64,000 bases of DNA, from the NCBI GenBank assembly GCA_965248645.1, contig OZ252113.1, positions 2,969,325 through 3,033,324 of the forward strand. Reading direction: 5' to 3'. Every line of letters begins with the position of its first letter. Position 1 is the first letter of the stretch. Positions 20,643 to 33,848 of the stretch are shown here, piece after piece. The position numbers were made by a program, and so were the translations under genes. The DNA comes from Acidobacteriota bacterium (GTDB taxonomy: Bacteria > Acidobacteriota > UBA6911 > RPQK01 > G965248645). The notes under the pieces are model-generated. The model was not told the DNA's origin. It searched no databases and worked only from the letters and a program-made list of their open reading frames with translations.

Positions 20643-23600
20643 TCATGGTGATTTCGAAAATTGAGAATCCCTCCCACGGATTTCCCGAAATTGACGACTC
20701 AGAACAATCATTTCGACGGCCACGGAAAAGCGATAATCATTTCTTGCAAGCCGCTCCTGCATTTCAGTGAGCAGTGGCTCGTCGGAAAGCTGCAACTCTC
20801 GGGCCAGAGCGTAGCCCAGCAGCTTGCGACAGAACTGGTGCAGGACGGCATCCCAGCGAGTCTCCAACAGATAATCGCGCAGGCCATCCAAACCTCTAAT
20901 TTCACTTCCGTCTGGAAGTTTTGTCTGCGTATCGATGGGCCGACCGGCGAGATCACGATGGCGGCGACGGCCGACGGCATCAAAACCTTCCAGCGCGAAA
21001 CCGAATGGGTCGATCCTCTGGTGGCACGACGAGCATAGCCCGTCACTGGTGTGTCTTGCCACGAGTTGGCGCACTGTCAGGCCATCGGTTGCCGTTTCGT
21101 CTTCAGGAAGTTGGGGGACATCCTTTGGCGGACGCGGTAGTCTTTCACCGAGCAGTACTTCACTCACCCAGTTGCCTCGTAGAATCGGACTCGTCCGGGA
21201 TGCGCCGGACTGCTTGGCAAGCACCGCTGCCAGACCAAGGATGCCACCGCGACCGTGCTGCTGTACTCCTTCGATCCGGCGCCAAGACTCACCCTCGACA
21301 CCCTGGATACCATAAAACCTGGCCAACCGCTCGTTCACAAAGGTGTCCTCCGCGTTGAGAAGACTCAGCAATGGAGCGTCACGTTGGAACAAATCAGTGA
21401 AAAATCGGATCGATTCCTCATACAGATCACTGCGAAGATTCACGAACTCGGGAAAGTGTTTTTCACTCTTCTCCTCGAGCAAATCGAAATCATAGATATG
21501 TAGCCACTGGCAAGCGAACTCGATGGCCAGTCGTCGCACCCGAGCATCGCTCAACATGCGTCGAGCCTGCTTTACCAGCACCTCGGGTGTATGTAGTGTG
21601 CCTTATGGAAGCCACAGCACGGAGTTCCTCATCCGGTTGCGAAGACCAGAGGAAATAACTGAGTCGGCTCGCTAGTTCCCAATCGGAGACCGCAGCGGTG
21701 GCAGTTCCCAGCGGTGCATTTTCGAGCCGATACAAAAAGGGTGAGGCAACGAAGACTCGAGCCAGCGCTAATCGAAAGGCCTCCTCGTGAGGTAGCTCCT
21801 GTTGGCGCAGCCCCCGATATAGTCCTCGTAGGTCGTCGGCTTCCGCCTGGGTCAGCGGGCGACGGTAAGCCCGGGAAACAAAGTCGACCAGTGCTTCGAC
21901 CTGTCTCGGTTCGGCCTCAACCAGTTCCTTCCGGAACTCGGCAGCGCGCCGGTTAAACGACGTACTCAGTGGTAAGACCGCGTCATACTGAGAACCATCG
22001 GCTAACCCGTTTCTGGCCAGCACTTCCAAAACCAGGTCTAGGGCAGTGAGACGCACCAATGGGCTCTGGCTGACAAAATGCAGTTCTTCCCAGAGTCCGT
22101 CGAGCCGGCTTCGCTGTACATCGTTGAGCATCAGTCGCACCAGGTGGTCATCCTCTCGATAGAACAGCGTGAGTGTGAGAACTTCGTCAACAGGGATGAT
22201 CTGGGCATAACAGAGTGCAGCTGGAAACAGGTTGCGATAATCATCCAATGCCGACTCGATGCGTTGCCGAGCGGTACTGTCTTCGCCAATGAGAATCGGT
22301 CGTGAGAAAGAAACGTTTCGATGATCGGCAAACAACACGGTCACATCTGAAAACGTCACCCTGACTTCACTTGGAAAAAGCCCGAACTCCCGTGCTGGTG
22401 TGCCCGTTCCCACGTCAAGTTGCACGCTCCCTTCGCAACCAATTTCCTCCTGTAGCACCGCGTCAGTCACGAACTCGTAGCGGCCTGCTAGATAGCCGGG
22501 AAGACGAATCTGGATTACCGCCGGGGCGCGAATACACAGGGAGTCAGCCTCGATGGCCCTGCCGCTGGGGTGTCTGCCGAACAACTGCGAATCCAGTCCC
22601 CACCGAGTGGCATCGGTTAATGCCTTAGCAGCGAGGGAAGGCAAATTACGGCCGAGGTCCAGTAGGTCGCGTAGAAGAATATCTGGGCGGCCGGCCGCAA
22701 CCAGCCGCGGCCGCTGGAACACCACGAAATCATGCTTATTGCCGTCCCCTGCATCGCTGACTACAAGCGAGAGCACGACTTCCTCTTTTTCATGACCATC
22801 CACGAACTTTGGAATGCTGAAGCATACATGTTGTTTTGTCACCAACGGGTTAACAGGTTCCATCCACCGCGATGGGCCTCCCTGCCTTCCGATCAGGCCA
22901 ACGGGGCCGAACCTCCAGAGCCATTTTTGCCAGGTGACAACATGGGCAGCTAGCACAGCCGCGTCCTGTGGCTTTGCATCCAGCCAGCGGGAACGAAGAT
23001 CACCCAATAGGAGCGAGGGAGCGGGGTCCGAGAGACTCGCCCAGAGGGTGCGGAGATACTTGACATTCAACCCTCGCTCACGGGCCACGTCTTCGATGGT
23101 CTTACTCCCCCTGGTGAGTGCTTTTCGGTGGCTGAGCGTCGCAGCAAAATATTTCTCCAGCGGCAAGAGTCCAGCTAACCCGATTCGAGTATCGCGGTTG
23201 AAATTGAGGTTGCCCACCGCCGAACCGTCTCCAAGATCCGTGAGATCGGTGAATGCTCCATAGAATTCGCGAATCTGGGCGAGGATTTCGTTAGTCCAGT
23301 CGCGCCGCGTAGCTTGCCCTGAGAAGTTAAATCCATCCGGCAGCAGCACAGCATGGTGAGCAATCTCCTTACCCGCTTCAAGATACTTCCTCAGCAACCC
23401 CGGCGACATCACAAGCGCGTTGCCAGTGTTGGTAAATCCTTCTCCTGCCGCGCCATCGGCAGGAAACTCGCGGGCCGGATTTAAGTCAACTCCCGTTAGA
23501 TCGCAGATGGTATAAGTGTATTCCGCATTATTGAGCCGCCGCAGCACCACCAGGCCCGGATCGCCGGCATTGGCTAATGCCTCGGCACGGAGATACCGAT

Positions 23601-24036
23601 CAATCCACCCCCGCAGTTCCTTCCGCTCCTCGGGTGGAGGCTGCTTCGCGTACTTAGGCGGCATCTCGCCACTGTCGAGCATCTCCCCAACCTTGAGCCA
23701 AATCTTAGTCCCTCTCCGCACCTCTGCCAGCGTCTTAAACCGTTCGAGGTCCAGCTCCCCTGCCCGCACCGCTGTCGAATGGCAATCCAGGCAGAACTGC
23801 TGCATCAACGGCCGAGTCTGCCCCAGATACTCATCAGACAATCCCGTGAAATGATCCCGCATCGGCTCGGCAACCAGAATGCCCGTCCTCCAAACAGACA
23901 TCGCTAACAGTAAAACCACAACGAAAACGAAACGACGGCCCCCTTGGCTCTTCTTACTTCTGCGAGAGTTCATGATTCCCCTCAGGGGGAGCAGCATCCA
24001 TGGAGAAGACCCTAACAATCTGGCCACTCTCTGCAT
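20643..24036 (-). pseudogene. DUF1587/1595/1592/1588/1585 cytochrome-like protein, frameshifted near 21590
   Basis: CLDCH, RRLNNAEY, ELASRLSYFLWSS, RTSPILRG and CSSCHQRIDP split over two frames. Confidence 0.85.
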
Positions 24037-24449
24037 CAGAGGTTTTCATGGAGTCTAACGGCTGGGTCAACCTTATCCAGAAACCGATCTAGGTATGAAG
24101 TGAGCGCTATTGTAACAATTTTCCCTTTTGCCTGTCTATCGGCAAAAGGAGGTCCCCCTTCTCTCTCCCGAGGACTGACGTTATTCTTTGCTCTTGATCG
24201 GGCGGATACACTGGTTGATCTCCACACTACCGGGTCTAGACCTCGGAGCCGGATTGGTCTATGATAAGTTGTGAAAGGTACGGTTTGGTGTGTCGACTCG
24301 ACAGGCTCCACAATTTGCAGGTCCTCCTTCCCATCCTCGCCTGGTACGTAACCAAGCTCGGGTCAACCAGGCCTTTCTTCAATGTCGGAAAGTCTGTTGA
24401 CTCGAATCATCAGTTTTAGGATTAACAACCAATCTCACTGGAGAAAATC

Positions 24450-25118
24450 ATGATGTTGAGAATCAACGACGAAGCACCGAATTTCAGTGCCAAGACGACC
24501 GAAGGTACCATCGACTTTCACCACTGGATTGGAGACGGATGGGTGCTCCTGTTTTCGCATCCTAAAGATTTCACCCCAGTCTGCACCACCGAGCTCGGCG
24601 CAGTAGCCGCTCTCAAGGATGAATTCGAAAAGCGAAACTGTAAGATTCTGGGCATCAGCGTGGATGATTTGGGTAGCCATCAGGCCTGGTCAAAGGACAT
24701 CGAGGCATCCCAGGGCCACGCCATAAACTATCCCTTAATCGGGGATTCCGAGCTAAAAGTGGTCAAACTCTACGACATGTTGCCAGCTGATGCGGGCGAC
24801 ACCTGCCAGGGACGAACGGCAGCCGACAATGCCACGGCCCGATCAGTGTTCATAATTGGCCCCGACAAGAAGATTAAGGCAACGCTCACCTATCCGATGA
24901 GTACCGGTCGTAACTTCACTGAGATCTTGCGCCTGTTGGATTCCTGCCAGCTCACGGCTAAGGAGAAGGTAGCCACGCCGGCCAACTGGGAACAGGGCCA
25001 GGATGTGATCATCCTCCCAGCCATGTCCAACGAGGACGCTAAGGCTAAGTATCCAGATGGCTGGCAGCAGCCGCTGCCCTACCTCCGCATCGTCCCCCAG
25101 CCGAAAGAGTCGAGTTAG
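24450..25118 (+). CDS. 1-Cys peroxiredoxin (Prx6)
   Basis: FSHPKDFTPVCTTE, YPMSTGRNF and ATPANW motifs. Confidence 0.95.
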   Translation: MMLRINDEAPNFSAKTTEGTIDFHHWIGDGWVLLFSHPKDFTPVCTTELGAVAALKDEFEKRNCKILGISVDDLGSHQAWSKDIEASQGHAINYPLIGDSELKVVKLYDMLPADAGDTCQGRTAADNATARSVFIIGPDKKIKATLTYPMSTGRNFTEILRLLDSCQLTAKEKVATPANWEQGQDVIILPAMSNEDAKAKYPDGWQQPLPYLRIVPQPKESS

Positions 25119-25471
25119 GCCTGGTGAAAAATACCGTTAGTGGGACAGAAGTTCTTCTTCACCTGATGGATTTGTTTGGGCCTCCGCCGGAGGTGGAAGC
25201 TCCATAGAGATCAACAACTGCTGCCTTGGTTGGTGCTTTTCTTCATTCAGATGCAGCTCCGGTGATCCTTGATATCCGAAACCCCATCCAAACCCCTCTT
25301 GACACTCTTCCCAGGATAGTATTACCGTTCACATCGAAATGGAAATTCTGGTCGAACGATTCAAGAAAGCAAGGGGTTCAGCGACACCACCGTCTACTCA
25401 CTAGCGCTTGGGCGCCCACGCTGAGGTATACTTGATAGGAGAAGAATCCTTACATTGGGTGGCTGCCTGAA

Positions 25472-25693
25472 ATGAAACTTCTTCGCCGTTTAGTAATTCG
25501 TGCCGCCCAGGAGCTAGGCCACAACCCGAAAGCCCGTGCCACGGCCTCTCGGATGCTGAAAAAAGAGGTCAAACCTCGTGCCGAGCAAGCCTGGAGGGAG
25601 GCTCAACCCAAGATCGAAAAGGCCAAGCTTGAAATCAAGCGTTTCGCGCAAAGGCTGCGTGAGGAATACCGCAAGGGACGCGACGGCGAATAG
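25472..25693 (+). CDS. Small basic hypothetical protein
   Basis: 73-aa ATG-initiated amphipathic ORF. Confidence 0.55.
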   Translation: MKLLRRLVIRAAQELGHNPKARATASRMLKKEVKPRAEQAWREAQPKIEKAKLEIKRFAQRLREEYRKGRDGE

Positions 25694-25883
25694 GCCCAGT
25701 TACGGTGTTCTCTAAATCGATAATATTGACAGGTAACGTGGAAGCATCCAAAATGACGACTGCCATTTTCAAGCCGGTTGTTCTAATAGGTCATTATATT
25801 TCAAGGTGATTCCCAAATTGTAAGAGTCTGCACGTCAAGACTGATGATTGCGTTGATGCAGCAGGCGGAGGGTGTCAGTCGAG

Positions 25884-27104
25884 CTAGTCTGAGATGCGGG
25901 TTCCAGCCAACGCGGAGCCCCGCGTTCTGTCCCTACCCAGCAGCTGGACCTCTGACCCGAATCGATTGCCGATCCTGAATAAAGAACCCAGTGAGTTAGC
26001 CTTTTCCTCCACGGCGTCGGCGATAACCTCACCGATCGCCCCGCCGAACTTGAAGCCGTGCCCACTTCCGCCTCCGGCTACCAGGATCTTGCTAGAACCC
26101 GGCACCCAATCGATGATGAAATGGTCATCCGGCGTGTTCCCGTACAGGCATGAGCGGCTGCCCACTAGTGTGCCTTTTGCCATCTCGGGAATCCGCTCTC
26201 GGAGGAATTCCATCGTGTGTTGCACGAACTCGGGTGTGCCCTCCCTGTCCAGATCGGGATCTACCGTCTCCCCAAGCGCATCTAGAGAAACCTTGAGGTA
26301 TCCTTCCCGGAGCAAGGGGAAACCGTACCAACCTCCCTTGTCCGGGTCGATGGACCAGACCGGCATGCGTCCGTGGCCGAACAGCTCGCGGCCCTCCACC
26401 TCGATTAGAACCATCTCCTGGTGGGTTACTTGGATGTGCCTGCCAACCTCAGGCAGAAGACGCCCTACCCATACCCCAGCAGACACTATCACCCGATCAA
26501 AGACCGCACTGCCGTCCCGGATGGTGACCCGGACGGCAACGGGAAGATCTTCGACGTGGTCCACCGGCGAGTCTTCCAGGAGTTGAACATCCTTCTCTTG
26601 TGCCAGTCGTGCCAAACAGGATACGGCCCGACCGCTCTCCAGGTATCCACCCCAGGAGTCGTAGATGCACTCTTCTCCATCTCGGATAACAAACTGGGGA
26701 AAGCGAGTACGCGCCTGCCTGGCCGACAATACCTCAATTTTAGCGCCACATTCACGCAAGTATCTCACACTCTCGTACATCGGGCTCCCCGACTGAAATT
26801 GATCCGTGATCACCAACTGTCCAACCTGGTGATAAATGGATGTCCCACAGTACTCCTCCCACTCCCTCCATTTGGAAGCGGAGCGCTCGACTAACTCAAC
26901 ATACTTCTCGCCGTACCAGGTTCGACGGATTCCTTTGGACACATCGGTGGACGAAGCGTTTAGATACGGTATCTTACCCTGGTCGACCAGGGTCACCGTA
27001 TGGCCACGACCACGCAGCTCGATGGCTGATGCAAGGCCGAAGATGCCGGCTCCAACCACACCAATTCTCATAGTGGCTACTCCTAATTCTATCGAAGGCT
27101 TCAC
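25884..27104 (-). CDS. FAD-dependent amine oxidase (sarcosine oxidase/DAO family)
   Basis: GAGIFG, CLYGNTPDDHFIID and GGSGHGFKF motifs. Confidence 0.9.
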   Translation of the reverse strand: MKPSIELGVATMRIGVVGAGIFGLASAIELRGRGHTVTLVDQGKIPYLNASSTDVSKGIRRTWYGEKYVELVERSASKWREWEEYCGTSIYHQVGQLVITDQFQSGSPMYESVRYLRECGAKIEVLSARQARTRFPQFVIRDGEECIYDSWGGYLESGRAVSCLARLAQEKDVQLLEDSPVDHVEDLPVAVRVTIRDGSAVFDRVIVSAGVWVGRLLPEVGRHIQVTHQEMVLIEVEGRELFGHGRMPVWSIDPDKGGWYGFPLLREGYLKVSLDALGETVDPDLDREGTPEFVQHTMEFLRERIPEMAKGTLVGSRSCLYGNTPDDHFIIDWVPGSSKILVAGGGSGHGFKFGGAIGEVIADAVEEKANSLGSLFRIGNRFGSEVQLLGRDRTRGSALAGTRISD

Positions 27105-28190
27105 CGCGATGGTTCGATAGGCCTACCACGAACAGAAAAACATCCTAACAATTCAAAAGGCTCCAGGGCTGTACGTCCTTGTCAACCCGCACCTCTCCTT
27201 CACGCTGCAGAGCATGTCATCGAAGATGCGAACCAAATCCGTAACACGGAATACACTTTTTCGTCAACCACCGCTTCGTCACTGAATGGGCGATGACATA
27301 GTTCGCCTCTATGGCAGTGCCCGACAGCCCACCGCCCAGATACATAGCGATATGACCCTGTTCTCGGAGGTTCTACTCCTTAAAGCTCTGACTTATAATT
27401 ACCCCCATTGGCTCAGTCTGCTTAACCTTGATGCCGGGCAGGATAACATACCAGTACACCTCCAGGTGAGAGAGTTCTTGAGGGCTTGAATGGCTTTTTT
27501 TAGTTTTGATATCCGTTCATGCTCTACTCCTCTGAGACTTCTCTTAATGAGCCATCAAAGTGAGGCGAGCCTCAGTCCACATTTATCACAGAGCGAGTAT
27601 TCAAGGGAGGTTGTGAGTAGTCTTGTTCATTTTTAGGATCTACTAGAGAGGAGATGACACAGTGGAGCACTGGTTGAGATCATCCAGTGGCAATGAGGAT
27701 CCTCGTAGGAGGTCAAGAAACCCGTTTTTCACAAACATCTCGAGTGGATAGGCTACGTGCATCTGGAAGGGGAGTGGGGGTCAGCTGGCCCATTGCAGAT
27801 GAGCTAGAACTTGGGCAAGAGCTTCTTGGTAGGAACAAGCCCTCGCTCAGGGCGAAGCTGGCGTTTTATTACATCCCATGAGAAATGTGGGCTAGCACCT
27901 TGTGGGGATGGAAAGAACCTATGATGGATACTCTGAAAGGGTCCAACCGTGTCTTGACCCGTCTTCTGTCGTTGGGGCAAACTAAGTGCTCCATTTTAGG
28001 AGTACGTGGCACATGCTTCGGAGAAACCTGCTGCCGTGGTTGAGCGGGGCTGGCTCAGTCGAGAGTGGTTTCACTACAGTGTCCAGCTACTACTCAATAG
28101 CTCTGGATCTCCGGTGCGCCAAGAATCTTTCCAGGCTTACTTTTTCTCAAGGCCGGGAAAAGGGGGAAACCCCTACTTGGAGAACAAAAC

Positions 28191-29426
28191 ATGGACAACA
28201 GGCGGGCACACTTACTGCGTGACGGATATGTGATTCTACGCCAGGTCGTGCCACCTGAGCAGCTGGATCGCTTGCGAAGCGATATCGAAACGGTGGTGGA
28301 GCGTCAGCGAGCCAGCGAGCCAGCATGGGGAACAACCCCACAGCCCCGCGCCTCGATCTCCGAACATGTAGATGCGGAAACACTTAGCGCGTTTGCATTT
28401 GTGTTGCACGACAATACCTATGGGGTCAGCGCACGGCTGCTGGACTGCCCTGATGAGACCGTTTCTGCGAATAGCGCTTTAGTGCTCTGTAATCCGGAAT
28501 TTACACCGAATGATCCCCAGTACCCGGGACAGCCGTGGGGCACTGACCCGCGCAACTGGCACCGAGACATGCGGCCGGATAGGGACGGTCCGCTGAGCGC
28601 CCTGCTTGAGGATCAACTGGCCAACGGGCCCGGCTACGTTCAATGGAACATCCCCCTTTACGAAGACCACATTTTACACGTTGTGCCGGGCAGTCATCGG
28701 CGCCTGACAGACCAGGCTGAGGCGTCTCACTTGCACCGGGAAGGGAGCAGACTCACGCCACTACCGGTAAGCCAGCGCGTCGAGCTGGGACCTGGTGACG
28801 GGGTCGCCTACAATAACCTCATCCTACACTGGGGCAGCAAGTACAGCCCAGAAAAGAAACGCCGTACTATCCTCCTGAGCTACCGCTCATTCGGGCGCAT
28901 CCTTCCACACCAGAGATGCAATCTTCCTGTTGGTTTCTGGAACCGGTTTTCCGAGGATTGTGCGCAACGCACTCTCACTGAAAGATGGAGAGCACTGTTC
29001 CACGGAGAATTTGCAACAATCGAGGAGATGTTCCGCGCTGTGCTGCTCGACGATGGCGAGAAGTTTCTGGCAGGACTGGCTCGGCTACATCCACCCGCGA
29101 AGGGGCGACTGGCTTGTCTGATACTGTTGTCGAAGATTGCCCTGGCTGTACAGCAGAAGAATCATAATCGGGGTAACGGTACGGCTGTACCCAAGGCTGG
29201 GAAGTCTCTTTACGATTGGCATCTTGAGAAACTAGCAGAGCACTTTTCCGGCGAGGAGTTGGAACAATTATGGCAGCGCTTTGAGCCAGTGGATGAGGCC
29301 TTGCGAGGCGAGATGCCAAGACACGTCTCAGGCTTCTTGGGACCGACGACGGTGTACGAGTTTGAGAAAATACCGGCGGGGATGACTCCAGAAGGACTAT
29401 ATGCGGCAATTCTGGGTCGTTCATAG
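28191..29426 (+). CDS. Phytanoyl-CoA dioxygenase (PhyH)-like protein
   Basis: RDGYVIL, NWHRD, VVPGSH and ILHWG motifs. Confidence 0.8.
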   Translation: MDNRRAHLLRDGYVILRQVVPPEQLDRLRSDIETVVERQRASEPAWGTTPQPRASISEHVDAETLSAFAFVLHDNTYGVSARLLDCPDETVSANSALVLCNPEFTPNDPQYPGQPWGTDPRNWHRDMRPDRDGPLSALLEDQLANGPGYVQWNIPLYEDHILHVVPGSHRRLTDQAEASHLHREGSRLTPLPVSQRVELGPGDGVAYNNLILHWGSKYSPEKKRRTILLSYRSFGRILPHQRCNLPVGFWNRFSEDCAQRTLTERWRALFHGEFATIEEMFRAVLLDDGEKFLAGLARLHPPAKGRLACLILLSKIALAVQQKNHNRGNGTAVPKAGKSLYDWHLEKLAEHFSGEELEQLWQRFEPVDEALRGEMPRHVSGFLGPTTVYEFEKIPAGMTPEGLYAAILGRS

Positions 29427-29999
29427 AGGGTCAACGATTCTCTCATGGTATTGAAAGTGGGTTAGCCCGCAGGCACCAGGAAACCTTTTTTATGGCCATC
29501 AGGATATCACCTGTCTACCGCCTGCACCCAACCCGATAAGAAGTCGCCCTCTGGAAGCAGGAGATAAATCCCACCCACCGCTATGGGAACGTCACTGGTA
29601 AAGATGACCGAACCATGGAATTTATCCGACAGAGCTGGGAAGGGCAGCTAAATACATACGATGCCGAAGCGATAGCAGAACTCGAACAGCCTCTCCAAGA
29701 TGAATGCTGGGAAGCGGAAATGGAGGTAGAACTTTCACTTGCAATACCGCTGGAATTTCATCCTCCCCAATCAAAAAAACTACCCCTAGCTCTTGAACAA
29801 CTCAACTCGCCCCGTTGACGGACGGTCAGAGGAATTGACGACGGAAAAGTGGTATTACGACCGGCAACCAGAATTACCGGGGCCCAAAATACACAAGCAG
29901 GTCGCACTCCTGGAGCCAACACCATAGAGCAGATCTAACGAAAGAAGAGCTCACAAATAGAGAGGGGCGTATCGCACCCCAGGGGACGGAGATGAATGA

Positions 30000-30480
30000 A
30001 TGTCTCCTCGGCCAAGTCTTCCTCGATAGCCCGTACGGGAGTAAGGAGGGGTGGAAGAGGCCCGACTTGGACCTGGTAGAAAGGTCGATTTGGATAAGCA
30101 GAAACATCCCTGTTGGGGAAAAAAACGACAAGCCCTAAAACAGAATACAGCAGACGCAAGGTTGACATGAGCTAAGAGCTCGCCGAGCCGCTGATGGACC
30201 TCAAGCACCGCCATACGGAAGAGGAGATAGGAGACTGGGAGACGGTGTCGAAGTGGGTATTGTTAAATCGAGCCGGTAACCCCATCGACTACGACAACTT
30301 CAGGATCAGGTACTGGAACCGGGTTCTAAAGATGCTATAGATTCGCCACCGAGGTGTGCATCAATGAAGACACACCTTGCCAGCATACTCCTGATGAGCA
30401 ACGAGTAAGTGCCTTACGTAGTCAAGTAGTTAGGACACAAGAAACCTGACACCACGCTGTGGGATTACATGCCTGACTTC
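30000..30480 (+). pseudogene. Degraded tyrosine integrase
   Basis: Hand translation across stops and frameshifts: ARTGVRRG, PKTEYSRRKVDMS, GNPIDYDNFR, HQ*RHT, LGHKKPDTT. Confidence 0.7.
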
Positions 30481-30738
30481 ACAGATTCCGTGGGCTCCCT
30501 GATCATCGATAGCGCCAATCCGTTCGCAGCCATTGGCATACTTGTGACCCCTGGAGAGTTTGTAACGCTACCGGTCATAAAGATCGCTTAGGTCCACTCT
30601 CGCTTCCTTCCACCCCCGAACCAGAGCGACCTGATACGCTTGGCTAGTGCAATTCAGAAAATTGCGTTTGCTTCGCCTTCAAGTCAACAGAAAATCGCCA
30701 AACCCGTAGATGGAATGATGTGTCAATGTCCGTGATGG

Positions 30739-31008
30739 GTGAGAGCAGGAATCAAACGAGGGTCACGCACACACAGTTTTCACCTGTTTCGCAACACCGC
30801 TGGTTCTATCGTGCACGAAGAGACTGGCAGTTTGAAGCTAGCCCAGACGCTTTTGCGCCACGCACGCATCGATACCACTGCAGACATCTGCGCGCACATC
30901 GACGACCAGAATACCAAACAAGCAATGGAGGCCCTGTCAAACACGATCCTTTCTTCTTGCCCACTTGTTGCCCACTCAGGGGAATTTACAAGTAATCAGA
31001 TCCACTGA
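30739..31008 (+). pseudogene. Tyrosine integrase C-terminal remnant
   Basis: HLFRNTAGS..AQTLLRHARIDTTADI; ends ~35 bp from the tRNA fragment. Confidence 0.75.
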
Positions 31009-31044
31009 GCGTTAATATAACTTAAATAGAATCAAAGGGATAAC

Positions 31045-31090
31045 TGGTACTCCCGGCGCGACTCGAACGCGCGACCTTTGGTTCCGGAGA
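31045..31090 (-). repeat. 3' half of tRNA-Arg(CCG) (att site)
   Basis: TCTCCGGAACCAAAGG..TTCGAGT..ACCA; 31075-31090 is identical to 43194-43209. Confidence 0.85.
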
Positions 31091-31473
31091 TAATTTAAGG
31101 CGGTTATTAGATCTCTTTAGCCGCTATTATATGAGTGTGTAACGTATTTATTTTCAATTGTTTAATGTCCTATCTAGTTTTTACCTGATCTTCCTGATTT
31201 TAGGGCTTTTTTGGACTTCTCATTAAAATTCTTTAAAAAATTGACCTTGAAACCCTCTCCATTGATCGTCGGTCCTCGACCAAGTCTTCTTCCGTGACAG
31301 ATAGCCACTCCGGGACGATTCTTACCGTTCTCAGGTGTGTCCCTCTTTCCGGCGAAAAGTTTCCGCCTACATGTTTTTCAATGAAAGACGCATACGTCTC
31401 TCTGTCTAGCTCGGTCTCCTGGCAGAGAGACTGAAGATCGTTAACTGGCTCTTGACATTAAAAACCTAAGGGA

Positions 31474-31884
31474 TCATGGCGAAGTGGCGTCAGCACAGTC
31501 CCGCACCGAAGAACAGATTTCCGTAATCGATTCTTTCACCCAAAGTCGCGTGACCGACTCTAAAATGCCACGATCAGAGAATGTTGATATGTTGATTCTG
31601 GTCGTGCTTGGCGCATTAGGCTCGCCGGTGTGGCTGTGAATGTCTACGTCTTCGCAACGGTCAACGAGCCATAATTTCCCTTCTGGATATGAATCGTCCT
31701 GATCGTTGTCGTTCGGCGGGAATCGCTTCAACACGCCTTCCTCGTCTTCCATCCAGAATCCAGACTGTAAAACGGTCACCAGCAACCAGCGTGGATTCGC
31801 ATCGCAGGATTCGTCCTGCTGTGCGATGGCAAATGTTGGCGCAAGTATGTATAGGCAGCAGATAAGAGTGGTGAATGTTCGCAT
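31474..31884 (-). CDS. Secreted hypothetical protein
   Basis: GGAGG RBS, signal peptide, acidic Cys-containing body. Confidence 0.6.
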   Translation of the reverse strand: MRTFTTLICCLYILAPTFAIAQQDESCDANPRWLLVTVLQSGFWMEDEEGVLKRFPPNDNDQDDSYPEGKLWLVDRCEDVDIHSHTGEPNAPSTTRINISTFSDRGILESVTRLWVKESITEICSSVRDCADATSP

Positions 31885-31949
31885 GGTAATCCTCCAGAGT
31901 CAGTCTTTCAGTGGGCTCCCCCTCCCCCCCCCCAAAAAAAGAGACATAT

Positions 31950-33217
31950 TGACCTGCCCCCACGAACGAGTCCACCCTCTAAGTTAGACTCGGAGCCATT
32001 TGAAGTGCCCTGCACGGGATAGAACTGAACTCCTGAGACCTAGGTAGTTTGGCCTCTGGTGCCGGCGGCCGATAGGCCAAGGCGCTGTGAGGCCGGATCT
32101 GATTGTAATCCCTTCGCCAGCGTTCTACCAACACCTTGGCTTCCCCAAGCGTGTCGAAGATCTCCATGTTCAGCAGCTCATCCCGTAGTTTCCCGTTGAA
32201 ACTCTCAATGTACCCATTCTCCCAGGGGCTGCCCGGCTCGATGTACAAGGTCCTTACCCCAACAGCCTGCAGCCAGTCCCGGACCGCCTGTGCCGTAAAC
32301 TCTGATCCGTTATCGGACCGGATAAACTCAGGCACTCCCCGATCAACGAATAACTCCGCCAACCGGTCCAACACGTCTTGGTGATTCATCTGCCGTTTCA
32401 CATCAATGGCGAGGCACTCTCTGGTGTACTCATCCAGGATCGTCAATAGCCGAAAGGCTCGCCCATCATGGGTCCGTTCATGCACGAAATCATAGCTCCA
32501 GACGTGGTTTTTGCGAGCCGCTCGTAACCGAACACAGGAACCGTCATTAAGCCACAGTCGACTTCGTTTCGGCTGTCTGGACGGGACTTTCAGCCCTTCT
32601 TGTCTCCACAGCCTCTCCACCCGCTTAGGATTCACCTTCCACCCTTCCCCATGAAGTATCGCCGTGACCCGCCGGTAGCCATAACGCCCGTATTGCGTAG
32701 CCAACTCCACCATCCGGGCCACCAATCGGGCCTCATCATCGGGAATTTGCCTTTCCCTTCGCTGGGTCGATCGAACCTGTCCCAGCACTTGGCAGGCCCG
32801 ACGTTCGGAGACTCGCTCTGCTCCTAATCGCTCTCGTACCCACATCACCGCCCGTCTCCTGTTCGCCGGGCCTAGAAGTTTCCCGAGGACACTTCCTTCA
32901 GGATCTGCTTGTCCAAAGACAGATCCGCCACCAGCTTCTTCAACCGGGTATTCTCCTTCTCCAACACCTTCAACCTATTGGCCTGGTCCAACCGGAGCCC
33001 TCCATACTCTTTGCGCCACCGGTAGTAGGTCTGCTCGCTCACCCCCATCTGCTTCGACACCTGTCCCACCCTCTGTCCTTGGGCCAGACCCACCTCTGCC
33101 TCACGCAGCTTCATGATGATCTGTTCTGCCCTAAATCGCTTCCCTACCATCTCTTGCCTCCTTCCTAAAACCGAAATCCTAACATTCAAACTGGACTCGT
33201 TTTAGGGGGCAAGGGCA
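31950..33217 (-). mobile_element. IS3-family element, copy 1 (orfA 32872-33150, orfB ending 31979)
   Basis: TG..CA TIRs, GGGAAAC frameshift window, WSYDF/RSDNG/ESFNG DDE motifs; near-identical copy at 48587. Confidence 0.95.
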
Positions 33218-33666
33218 GAGCTGTCCGAACGCTCATGGAACGTGAAGCCGAGTGGATAGGATCGGCGACGGACCTTTTGTCCGAATTGGAGGCGTTTGTT
33301 CCCGAACGTGCCAAGAAATCTAGACGGTGGTCACAGGCGGCCAATTGGCTGACACGCCGTCTGAAGCAGTCGGCAACGTTTCTGCGTGTCGTTGGGATCG
33401 ATTGTCAATTCAGCCACGGCCAAATCGAAATTAAAAAAGTTGATCGAAATACTTCGGATACCTCGGATGCCTCGGAAACCGTTTCGGTTAAAGGCGTTGT
33501 CGATACGAGGCAACCCGTGAAGTATCGACCGGATAGTCCGGCTGATACTTCAGCTTCTAACTCGTTGCAAGATGGCAGGTTGCCAAGTAAGCGAGGTAAA
33601 CGAAGTATTTTGCGCACTTCATCCAAAAGGCGACGACGATCCAACAAGTCTTCCCGTAGCGAATGA
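33218..33666 (+). pseudogene. C-terminal remnant of a replication/primase-like protein, cut by IS3
   Basis: W.GSATDLL.EL..W..AANWLTRRLK motif; internal 9-bp repeats; lies upstream of xis/int. Confidence 0.45.
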
Positions 33667-33848
33667 AGATGGGGGGAATAGGCGATGAAGAATCGAAGTC
33701 GTGGATGTCAACGCAAAGCTGATGAGCTCGATTACCTCAAGGTGCGGTTGAGAGAACTGTTCCAAGAGAATCAGAAACGACACGAATTCGTCAATTGCAT
33801 GGCATGCCGAGCGTTCATCCCGACTCAGTCGGAGGGAGGAGCGATCAG

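Noticed and set aside
25894-26586. Long antisense ORFs (e.g. 25894-26586, 6059-6664, 45540-46157, 58864-59535)
   Set aside because: They are shadow frames of well-supported genes on the opposite strand.
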